64,000 nt of DNA from Mobula birostris. Lineage: Eukaryota. Position 1 is the stretch's first letter. Every line of letters starts with the position of its first letter. The stretch covers positions 42,474,613 to 42,538,612 of the forward strand of contig NC_092397.1 in NCBI RefSeq assembly GCF_030028105.1, written 5' to 3'. A program made the translations under genes and the position numbers. Positions 26,990-38,919 of this stretch are shown here, piece after piece. The notes under the pieces are model-generated. The model ran no database searches, was not told the origin of the DNA, and saw only the letters and a list, made by a program, of their open reading frames with translations.

Positions 26990-28419
26990 TTCCTGGTCGG
27001 TTTCAAACACAATAATAAGCAGAAGCTGTTCGGAGCGCGGATTAAATAGGCAGCGCCCAAAGCGGTATGTTAATGAGGATGGGAATTCTGAGCATTTCCA
27101 TTGGCTGTTTGGAGAAATGAATCACCAATCGGAACGCTGGGGGATGGGAAGCGGCGCCAATGGGCGGGGTTACCGCTGTCGTTTAATGCGGGAGGAAGTA
27201 CTGAAGGGCAGAGACAGGCCGGGGTGCGGGCTGAAATTGAAAAGGGAAACGCAAATTTCAAAAGCAGAATGAAAACAAAAGCAGATGAAATATTGTAAAA
27301 TTAAACACTAAGACGTTTGACACAGGGCAGCATGAGAGTGAAGTAGAGATTTCGACATTTCAATATAAAGTTCAAATCGAGTTTATTTATGCACAGGTGA
27401 AAGGAACAACGTATTTGTAGCAGCATCACAGACACATTGCATCAGAGACACAACACTGACAAGAAACACTGAAATTAAATATGAATTATACCAAAATATT
27501 CAAAGAGACAGAAGCCTATCAGAACAAAATCAAAATAACAAAGAGATTATGCGGGCAGTGGGAGAATCATCCCTCTTGTGCTTCTTCATCTCGTCACTCC
27601 AGATTCAGTGTCACACAACGCTGCCACTTTGATCTGGCCCATGCCTTCATTAACCAGGTCCAACACTTGTCTTTATTGGATCTTCCTCCTTCTTACACTA
27701 GTCATCGGGTTTGTGGGGGTGTGCCCAGGGTTAATTGGGGTGTGTGCCCCCTTGGATCTCAGGATTAGGTTTGAGGGTAGGGCTGGTGGATGTGTATGCG
27801 GGGCTGGGAGAGATAAGGCTGTAGAGTTTAGTAGGGTGAGATATGTGGGGCTATGGTGGATAGGGTAGTGTAGTGTAGCCACTTCAATCTGGCCCATTTC
27901 TTTCACTAATGTGGCCTGACACAACTTGGCTTAATGAACTGGGTGTGCAAAGGGACACATCATTAGTAATACTATTTAGGGTCATTGGGTGTTTTGGGTC
28001 TTCAATCATGAGACATCCTCACCCAGGCAACCCAGCCAGGGTTTATCCCATGGACCAACATAACGAGAGGCATGTAATTCTGCATGTTGTGGGTATTTTG
28101 GACCTTGTTACTTGGCTTTATTTTGATCATTTGGGTAATAGAATGTTCTGAGGCCAAGTTATCAGGCTTTACCCCCAAGTAAGGTTCAACTTCCCTACTT
28201 TAAATTTACACCTGTCTTTATTTTGCATTTGTGTGCCTGGGACTGTGTGGATAAACAGTGTTTACTGCAGTACAAAGTAGTAATTAGGGTTGTGCAGATT
28301 GGTCCATAATTCCAAAATGCAAACATCTCTGAAACCCAAGATTTTTTGTGCTGACATGACATCACAAATGGAGAATTTTACTCACGATTAAATTGCTCGT
28401 CTACTGAAGAGAGTTTCAC

Positions 28420-28835
28420 GGCTCTGGGCCTCTATTCACTGGAACTTAGCAGAAAGAAGGGTTACCAAATTGAAACCTATCAAATAGTGAAAGGGCTTGA
28501 TTGAGTGAATGTGGAGAGGATTTTAACTGTGATGGGAGTGTCTAAAACTGGACCACACAGCTTCAAAATAGAGGGGCATCCTTTTAGAATGTAGAGAAGG
28601 AGGAATTTCTTCAGCCAGAGAGTGGTGAATCTGTGATTTTTTTTGCCACAGGCAGCTGTGGAGGCCAAATCACTCAGTATAGACAGAGATTGATAGATTC
28701 TTGATTAATCAGGGCACAAAGGGATGCAAAGGAAGGCAGAAGATTGGGGCTCAGAGGAAAAATTGATCAGTGATGATGAAATGCCAGAGAAGGCTCGACA
28801 GGCAAAGTGGCTGAATTCTGCTCCTATATCTTATG
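28420..28835 (+). mobile_element. CR1 3' fragment
   Basis: agtggtgaatctgtg...gtggaggccaa...aattctgctcctatatcttatg, the CR1 3' end. Confidence 0.75.
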
Positions 28836-28995
28836 ACTAAAACTCTCCCGGAGAGCGTTGATCTCAGCTTTGACTCAACCCAGCACCTGAGGCTCCACAT
28901 TACTTATATAAGGAATACAGAAGGTCTTTGTTCTTTGATTAAAGAAATATCATCTCATTTCCATCCTGAATGCTTGTCACCTCATTCTGACCAAC

Positions 28996-29215
28996 AGACA
29001 CAAAATGCTGGAGGAAGTCAGCAGGCCAGGCAGCATTAATGGGAAAGGGAATGAGTTGATGCTTCAGGCTGAGCACCTTCACGCTGAGATCTGATGGAAG
29101 GGTCTCGGCCTGAAGTGTCGACTGTTTACTCTTTCTGTTCTGCTGAGTTCCTCCAGCATTTTCTGTGTGTTGCTTTCGATTTCCAGCATCAGCAGATTCT
29201 CTCGTGTTTGTGATT
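28996..29215. mobile_element. Palindromic Penelope-terminus element with two opposed decayed hammerhead cores
   Basis: Inverted repeats at 28999-29025 and 29140-29168; minus-strand core at ~29054-29083, plus-strand core at 29091-29123. Confidence 0.7.
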
Positions 29216-30923
29216 AACACCTCATTCTGAGGGTATTTTCCTCAGTTATGGAGTTCTCATCCATCCCTGGAACCAGCCCAGTCGGTGTGGGGAACAGTCA
29301 CTGCACACCCTCTATTGCAGGGATATCCTTCCTGAGGAAGTGTGACCAAACCTGGACACTATATTCAAGATGTGCTCTCACCAGGGCCCTATACAATCCC
29401 AGTGAGACGTCTGTACCCTCTTCTCCACTCCTCCTGGATCACAGGACAAAATACTGTTTCCCTATCTCATTACTTGTTGTATCTGCATGTTAACTCAAGT
29501 GATCTGTTTACAAGAACGCCCAGGTCCCTCTGAACATCCCCGTGTGGAAATGACTCTTATAGTTTTTTCCTGGGAATGGGTGATCTCACATTTCCCCACA
29601 TTCTGTTCCATCTGCAACATCCTTAACCATTCACTCTCCTGTCTGCATCCCCCAAACCTTCTCACTACTGACACTATCCCTCCCGCTCTGCAGGAGTCAC
29701 TGAGTTATGCAGCACAGAAACAGGCCCTTCAGCCCAGTATATCCATGCTGACCAAGTGGCCTAACAAAACCATTGTCAGTTACCTGCATTTGGCCCATGT
29801 CCCTGTGAAACTTCCCTCTCCACAGTCCAAGAGATATTGCAACTGTGCCCACCTATACCACCACTTGGGGTAGTTTGTTCCATGTAAACAGCACATTCTG
29901 TATACAAAACCTGTTCCTCAAGGTCCCATTTAAATCTTTCCTCTCTCACTTTATATCTGTAATCTCTCACTTCCAACGCCATAACCCTGGAGATAACAGA
30001 TTCACTATTGACCATATCAATGTCTGCCATTATTTTATCAGGCTCTCTAATGTCACATACACTCTGGTGAGAAAGGTCCTGGCTTATCCAGCCTCCTGTT
30101 AAATCCCTTTTGCACCCTCCCCAGTTTAATGTCACCCTCTGATCCCAGGGCAACTATAACTGTACTCCGTGCTCCAAGAATAGTTTCCCCGAGGCTGGTA
30201 GAGCTGTAATGTGACGTCACAGCCCAGTGCCCGATGCTCTGACCGATGAATGCGAGTGTGGCGAACAGCTTCTTCACCGTCCTGCCTAGCTGTGTTTACA
30301 CTCTGAAGGAATTCGATATCCGCACCCCGATATCTCTGTTTTACAGCACACCCAGGGACCGACCACTCCCCACGGCAGTTCTGCCCTGGTTCGTCAATGA
30401 CAACGGAACATCTCACATTTATCTGTCATTCCTCAAATCAGTGACCTCATTGATCACCGTCCTGTTGTAATGTTAGTTACATTGTTTCGCACTCAACGAT
30501 ATCACCAACTTTAGTGACATCGGCAAATTTGCTGAGCTGGTCACTGACACTGTCAACCGAGTCTTTAATAAATGAACTGCAGCAGCAGACTTGACTCGAA
30601 TCCCGGTGCCACACTATTGATCACAGGGCTGCAGTCTAAACAACGACTTTGTCTCCCACCACCAGGCCGATAATGTATCCAGTGCCCTGGATCACGTGAT
30701 CTCTCCTTCCAGACACGAGTCTCACCAGTCTGAAGCTCCCGGGCTTTTCCTTGCAGCGACACACACACAATGCTGGAGGAACTCAGCAGGCCAGGCAGCC
30801 AGTGAACAGCTGGCGTTTCGGGCCGTGACCCTTCATCAGCATCTGCAGTTTCCTGTATTTAGTTTTCCTTCGATTGTAAGTTACTGGATAATATGACCCA
30901 TCCTCCAGTCCTCTGCCACTTCT

Positions 30924-31140
30924 CCTGCCCGAGAAACGCGCAGAGAGACAGAGGCGGGGAGGGGAGGAGACAGAGTCAGAGTGACGGACAGAGCCGAGAC
31001 CGGCCTCTCATCTTCCAACTCCGTCTTCACTTTAATACACCCGGCAATTTCCAACGGTTTTTCCGAAACACAGAGCTCCAGAGAGAGAAAAAAAACTCCC
31101 TCACACACCGCGTACACAGTGAAGGATCTCCAGGAACTTA
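30924..31140 (-). promoter_or_regulatory. Orphan H4 promoter fragment (truncated before the TATA box)
   Basis: Near-identical to 32010-32220 (cctgcccgagaaacgcgcagagagacagaggcggggagggg...). Confidence 0.85.
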
Positions 31141-31576
31141 CTGACGGTCGGACTTCATCGTATCAGAATACAGTGTGATTGGCGCAGGATGAATTTCAAA
31201 TTGCCCGCCAATTTCAGAGCCACCTGCAACGGTGCCTGACTGCTTTTAAAATTATTTACCATTAATTGTATCATGGATTATACAATGTCAGTTTCATTTA
31301 ATAAATTTAATATCTAATTCCCTCAGTTAAGACTTAAATTTATAATTACGGAATCGTTTCTCTAAACGAGTGAACTGATTTCTGTCCGAGACGGATAAAA
31401 GGATTAAGATCGATCTTAATGCGTTCAGAGATTTTGTCGTAATCACCGACTGGAAAGGCAGATTCACAGAAATATTTCAATCGGAACCGATTAATGTTTC
31501 AAATGTAACCGGATGAATAAATCGATAAAAATAATTAAAAGTCTATGGATACGGCCCTGTCTGTGAGGCGGTGGGT

Positions 31577-31592
31577 GGCTCTTAAAAGAGCC
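31577..31592 (-). terminator. Histone 3' stem-loop (H4 copy 2)
   Basis: Minus strand GGCTCT-TTTA-AGAGCC-ACCCA. Confidence 0.95.
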
Positions 31593-31623
31593 TTTGTTTC
31601 GTGCTAGGAAGGAAGTGAGATTT

Positions 31624-31944
<321 letters not shown>

Positions 31945-33673
31945 TCACTCAGGTCGCTGCTCACTGACAAACTGCCTGCTGCTGTCTCCTTTTATACACA
32001 GCGCCCCGACCTGCCCGAGAAACGCGCAGAGAGACAGAGGCGGGGAGGGGAGGAGACAGAGTCAGAGTGACGGACAGAGCCGAGAGCGGCCTCTCATCGT
32101 CCAGCTCCGCCTTCACTTTACCACAACCGCCAATTTCCAACGATTCATCCGACACAAAGCGCTCCAGCGAAAAACAAAACTCCCTCACACACCACGTACA
32201 TACTGGAGGATTTCTGGGAGTTTGCCGATTCTCCTGCTTTAAATTATGGGAAGTGCTTTTTCATTCTACAAATCCCCGAGGACCTCATCTATCCCTCCCG
32301 GCCCCGTGACCAGTGCGAGCGCCCTCAGGCACAGCAGTTGGTGGGCGAGGGTGCGGTCACTTCCAGTGATGATTCAGTAGAACAATTGTTCCTCTGGGTC
32401 GCCAGGGAAATGAAAGACCGGTCACATACAGGAACAGGATACATAACCAGATATATAGACCGCGCTTCTGGCGACTTCTGAAGCCCAGGTAAAGGGGTGG
32501 CTGAGGAGCTGGTGTGAGGTGGGTGGGTCTTCAGGTACAGGATCATTGGGTCTCAAGGGAAACGAGAGACGGGTCCAAGTAGGAGGGGAGCCCATACGTT
32601 TCCGGGGAGCCTTCTTCGTGCTACACGGAAGTGTTTAAACGAGTAGGGATGAGTTCCTGCACAGTGATTTTCGGGAACAAGGTTAAAAAAAATCAGGACT
32701 TCCAGGATTGTATTACGACGCAAAACATGTGGTTGTGTGGAGGGAAATCGATATTTCATGCAGTTTAATATGTCGCTGAGGAACTGACGCGGGAGGGAGG
32801 TCTTCATGGATCAATGGGCTCCCTTCCAGGCAGGTGGGAGACCGGGACAAACAAGACTATTTGCATCTGAACCGGACGGGAACCAACATCTTCACCAGGA
32901 GGTTTGATGGTGTCACTTGGCAGATTTTGAACTGGAGTAGCATGTGGGAGAATGTATGTATGACAAGACAGTCTGAAAAGAACGCGAGCCAATGTCAGGC
33001 CAATAAACATGGTGGGACTGATGGGCTGAAATGAGTTTATTTCAACACTACGAGTGTTACGTTAGCAGAGGGACAGGGCCGGCAGCTCAACATTCCTGGG
33101 TTTGATTGTTTTACATGTGGGGGGGGGGGGTTAAAAGATGCAGAGGTTACCCCACTGGGAATGTCACAGCAAACTGGAAGGCTCATTTACAGAGGCAATC
33201 TGCAGTTACACTGATGGGATTATCGTATTGGCCCCCAATAACCACAGGCAGGTGGAGGATCAGATATGTTGATGCTTATGGAGAGGTGTAGAACAACAGG
33301 GTTGTCATAGTGAGGGACTTCATCTTCCTTGGAAATGACTGGATCTTGCTCAAATGCACAAGATTTGTTCAGTGAATCCGAGGAGTGTTTGAAACCTTAT
33401 GTACAGGTCCTAACCAGAGCTGAGAACAGACGGGAATTAGTTTTGGGAAATGAGCCAGGCCAGCTGACAGCCAAGAGTCAGCGAACATTTTGGGAACAGT
33501 GATCACAACTTTATTTAAAGTTACGAGTAAGAATAAAATTAAATCTTGTATGAAGGTACTAAATTGCAGGAGGGCAAGTCAGGACAGAAGAAGACAGGAA
33601 CCAAGGGGCATTGATTGGGAGCAGCCACTGTCAGACAAGTCCACATCTGACGTGGGAGTTGTTTAAAGACCAG

Positions 33674-35065
33674 CAACTCTGAGTTCAGGATCAGCATGTT
33701 CCAGTGAGGAGTGAGGAGAAGGATGGTAAGTAAGGGAACTTCGGATGAGCAGAGAGATACTAAATTTAGTCAGAAGGATATGGAAGGTTTGTGAAGCTAA
33801 AGTCAGACTGGGTACCTTTGGAATATAAAGATAGCAGGGAAATGCTAAAGCAGATGATAGGAAAGGCCAAATGGGGCCACAAACTGTCCTTGTGGAGTGG
33901 GACCAAAGATGATCCCAAGGCCTTGTAATTTGTATTAATGAGGCGAGGATAACCAGAGAATGGAAAGGTCGACTCAAGATTAAAGGAGGAGTGATGTGGT
34001 TGAAGTCAGACCAAGTGGCTAAGGTACTAAATGAGTATGTTGTGTCAGTATTTACTGAGAAGAAGGAATTGAATGACAATGAAAACAGAGTGAGACATGC
34101 TAATGTGCAGAGACGCGTTGAGATTGAGGAGGAGGCTGTGCTGGGACGTCTGAGAAGCAATAAGATGGATAAGACTCCAGGGCCTGAAGGCATATATCCT
34201 GCAATAGTGAAAGAAACAAGTGAGCAGATTGCTGGGGATTTGACAAGGATCTATGTGTCTTCGATCACAACATGTGAGGTCCCTCAGGACTGGAGTGTCG
34301 CAAATGTTGCAGCTTTGATCAAGAAGGGAAATAACAAGAATCCAGGAATCTATAGGCAAGGCAGCCTCATTTCAGTGGTAGAGAAGCTACTGGGGAGGAT
34401 ATTGAGGCACAGGATTTATGCACATTCAGAAAGGCATGGCCTGCTTAGGGACAATCAACATGGTTTTGTGTGGGCAGATCACGCTTGATAAAATTGATTG
34501 AGGTTTCTGAGGAGGTGATACAGACTAAGATATAGGAGCAGAATTAGACCATTTGGCCCATCAAGTCTGCTCCGACATTTCTTTATGGCTGATCCATTTT
34601 TCCTCTCAGCCCCAGTCTCCTGCCTTTCCCTTGTATCCAATCAAGAATATATCAACCTCTGCCTTAAATATACATAAAGTCCTGGCTTAACAGCTTCCTT
34701 TGGCAATGAATTCCACAGATTCACCACTCTCTGGCTAAAAAAATTCCTCATTCTCCACATTCTGCTCCTGTATTCCGAGGCTGTGTCCTCTGATATTAGA
34801 CACTCCCATCTTCTGCACATCCACTTTATCATTGCCTTTCACACTTGGATAGGTTTCAACTGGGCCACCCCTCATTGTTCAAAAATTCCAGTGAATACAG
34901 GCCCAGAGCCATCAAACACTCTTCATGTAGCAACCTGTTTCATCCTGCAATAAATCTGGAGACCTTCCTTTGAAAGCAATCCAGTTTCAGCCCATCCTTC
35001 ATGAGAAAAAGGGCCTAAATCTGCTCAAGATACTCCAGTGAGACCTCCCCAGTACTTTATAAAGT
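33674..35065. mobile_element. Old CR1 ORF2 fragments (plus to ~34520, minus 34525-35065)
   Basis: DKTPGPEGIYP...VPQDWSVANV and FFSQRVVNLWNSLP. Confidence 0.75.
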
Positions 35066-35550
35066 CTGATCATTATTATGATTGGCACAGATATTGTGGT
35101 CCAAAGGGCAGGTTGCCATCTATTCCATATTGTGTACTGATGAATATGTTTGATCTGACATCTATTGCAGGGACATGGGTACGGAGACTGGGACTGAGAA
35201 TTCGACATTTCACAATATTCAATATTCCACACGGAATCAGCAATATGGAAAGGAGCAGGGTGGGTTTGTTCATAATGTGCTGGTGAAGGAGTGGATACAG
35301 TGCCTATAAAAAATGTTCAGTCTCCTTAGAAGTTATTATGTTTTATTGTTTTGCAATGGATTTAATTTGGCTTTTTTGACACTAATCAACAGAAAAGACT
35401 ACGGTGTCACAGTGAAAGCAGATCTCTACAAAGTGATCTAAATTAATTGTAGATATGAAACAAAATAATTCATTGCCTTTGCATTCACCTCCTTCAAATC
35501 AGTAATTAATTGGTGCACCTTTGACAGTATTTACAGTTAAGTCTGTATGG

Positions 35551-37485
35551 ATAGAACCATAGAACCATAGAAACTACAGCACAGAAACAGGCCCTTTGGC
35601 CCTTCTTGGCTGTGCCGAACCATTTCCTGCCTAGTCCCACTGACCTGCACACGGACCATATCCCTCCATACACCTCCCATCCATGTATCTGTCCAATTTA
35701 TTCTTAAATGTTAAAAAAGAACCCGCATTTACCACCTCGTCTGGCAGCTCATTCCATACTCCCACCACTCTCTGTGTGAAGAAGCCCCCCCTAATGTTCC
35801 CTTTAAACTTTTCCCCCCTCACCCTTAACCCATGTCCTCTGGTTTTTTTCTCCCCTTGCCTCAGTGGAAAAAGCCTGCTTGCATTCACTCTATCTATACC
35901 CATCATAATTTTATATACCTCTATCAAATCTCCCCTCATTTTTCTACACTCCAGGGAATAAAGTCCTAACCTATTCAACCTTTCTCTGTAACTGAGTTTC
36001 TCAAGTCCCGGCAACATCCTTGTAAACCTTCTCTGCACTCTTTCAACCTTATTTATATCCTTCCTGTAATTTGGTGACCAAAACTGAACACAATACTCCA
36101 GATTCGGCCTCACCAATGCCTTATACAACCTCATCATAATATTCCAGCTCTTATACTCAATACTTCGATTAATAAAGGCCAATGTACCAAAAGCTCTCTT
36201 TACGACCCTATCTACCTGTGATGAAACTTTTAGGGAATTTTGTATCTGTATTCCCAGATCCCTCTGTTCCAGTGCACTCCTCAGTGCCTTACCATTAACC
36301 CTGTATGTTCTACGTTGGTTTGTCCTTCCAATGTGCAATACCTCACACTTGTCAGTATTAAACTCCATCTGCCATTTTTCAGCCCATTTTTCCTGCTGGT
36401 CCAAGTCCCTCTGCAGGCTCTGAAAACCTTCCTCACTGTCTACTACACCTCCAATCTTTGTATCATCAGCAAACTTGCTGATCCAATTTACCACATTATC
36501 ATCCAGATCATTGATATAGATGACAAATAACAATGGACCCAGCACTGATCCCTGTGGCACACCACTAGTCACAGGCCTCCACTCAGAGAAACAATTTTCT
36601 ACCACCACTCTCTGGCTTCTTCCATCGAGCCAATGTCCAATCCAATTTACCACCTCTCCATGTATACCTAGCGACTGGATTTTCCTAACTAACCTCCCAT
36701 GCGGGACCTTGTCAAAGGCCTTACTGAAGTCCATGTAGAGAATATCCACTGCCTTCCCTTCATCCACTTTCCTGGTAACCTCCTCGAAAAACTCCAACAG
36801 ATTGGTCAAACATGACCTACCACGCACAAAGCCATGTTGACTCTCCCTAATAAGCCCCTGTCTATCCAAATGCTTGTAGATTCTGTCTCTTAGTACTCCC
36901 TCCAATAACTTACCTACTACTGACGTTAAACTCACCGGCCTATAATTTCCCGGATTACTTTTCGATCCTTTTTTAAACAACGGAACAACATGAGCCACTC
37001 TCCAATCCTCCGGCACTTCACCCATAGACAGCGACATTTTATATATTTCTGCCAGGGCTCCCGCAATTTCAACACTAGTCTCCTTCAAGGTCCGAGGGAA
37101 CATCCTGTCAGGTCCCAGGGATTTATCCACTTTAATTTTCCTCAAGACAGCAAACACCTCCTCCTTTTCAATCTGTGCAGTTTCCATGGTCTCACTACTT
37201 GATTCCCTCAATTCCATAGATTTCATGCCTGCTTCCTTAGTAAATACAGACGCAAAAAACCTATTTAAGATCTCCCCCATTTCCTTTGGTTCCGCACAAA
37301 GCCGACCACTCTGATCTTCAAGAGGACCAATTTTATCCCTTACAATCCTTTTGCTCTTAATATACTTGTAAAAGCTCTTTGGATTATCCTTCACTTTGAC
37401 TGCCAAGGCAACCTCATGTCTTCTTTTTGCCCTCCTGCTTGCTTTCTTAAGTATTTTCTTGCACTTCTTATACTCCTCAAGCACA
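35551..37485 (-). mobile_element. Young 5'-truncated CR1 LINE (ORF 35631-37484)
   Basis: Uninterrupted 617-aa ORF2 portion, nearly identical to the 12583-13980 protein; tail with ttctatgg repeats. Confidence 0.95.
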
Positions 37486-37678
37486 ATCAGCTATCAGCTT
37501 TGCACATCTGAACACTGCAATTTTCCCCATTCTTCTTTACAAAACTGCTGAAGCTCTGTCAGAATGCATGGGTTGGTGAGTGAACAGATCTTTTCAAGTC
37601 CAGCCACAAATTCCCAATTGGATTGAGGTCTGGACTCTCACAAAGCCACTCCAGGACATTAACTTTGTTGTTTTAAGG

Positions 37679-38919
37679 CAGGGGTCCCCAACCTTTTTTC
37701 CGCTGCAGACCGGTTTAATATTGACAATATTCCTGCGGATCGGCTGACCCGGGGGGGGGAGGGGGGAGGGTTGCCAACGGACAAGAGTAGCAGTCAAAAA
37801 ATAGGTTGTGTTTACCCCGAGAAAGACTACAATGACTATGAAGCCTTGCGCGGGCACCAGTGCGTATGCGTGACCTGAGCATGCATGTACCTGCCGATAT
37901 TATTCTCTGCAAATCGTTTTTGGCGATTCTGTTCGGGGTGGGGGGGATGTTAATCACGACCGGAATATTGGTAATAAGGGGCTAATACACAATTTTGTTT
38001 CTAAAAGGGTTGATCTAACGAATTTAATATTAAACACACAGTGCATATTTTCCTCGCATGATCTAACGAATTTAATATTAAACACACAGTGCATATTTTC
38101 CTCGCATCAATCATCAGGGGAGGACGGGGAACTTGAAGTAAGTGTTGAAAGAACCTCCAGGAGAAGTGGTAGAGGCAGGTTCGATATTATTTAAAGAAAA
38201 ATTGGATAGGTATATGGACAGAAAAGGAATGGAGGGTTATGGGCTGAGTGCAGGTCGGTGGGACTAGGTGAGAGTAGCTTTCGGCACGGACTAGAAGGGC
38301 CGAGATCGCCTATTTGCATGCTGTAATTGTTATATGGTTATATAGGTCACTTATCAGTCACTAGCATCATAACATTTTAAGTAATGTTTGGATATTAAAC
38401 ACAGGGCACATATTTTCCCCGTATGAACATATAAAATCATTGCAACACACCAATATCGCTGAATCAGTGGGAGCCCTGGGCTTGTTTTTCTGCAACAAGA
38501 TGGTCCTATCGAGGGTTCGTGGGAGACAGCGATACTCGAAAGGGTTCCTTATGTCCAGTCTATTCCGCAATTTAGTTTTCGTTGCATTCATTGCAGAGAT
38601 ATGTTGGAAATGGAAGCAACGTTTTCAGTGCTTTCGTGGCTATTTCAGGATATTTAGCCTTGACTTTGATCCAGAATGCCAGCAGAGATGTTATGTCAAA
38701 CATACTTCTCAGCCCGTCGTCATTTGCAAGCTCGAGGAGTTGATTTTCTTCCCGCGCTGACAAAGATGACACGCTGTTAATGACCTCTCGTATGTTCAAG
38801 CTCAACAGTAGGCGTGACCGGGAATGAGGAAAGGTGCAGCTGACTCATATCGCCAAATCATATCGTTTCTTCGCGGCCCGGTATCAAATGCTCTGCGGCC
38901 CGGTGGTTGGGGACCGCTG
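37679..38919 (-). mobile_element. Non-autonomous hAT (Charlie-like) element
   Basis: TIRs caggggtccccaacc and ggttggggaccgctg; perfect 8-bp TSD TTTTAAGG at 37671-37678 and 38920-38927; hAT dimerization remnant LLAFWIKVKAKYPEIATKALKTLLPFPTYLC. Confidence 0.9.

Noticed and set aside
27570-28260. G/T-rich segment with a ~20-bp direct repeat (gccactttgatctggcccat at ~27623, gccacttcaatctggcccat at ~27878)
   Set aside because: No termini, TSD or coding motif that I can support.
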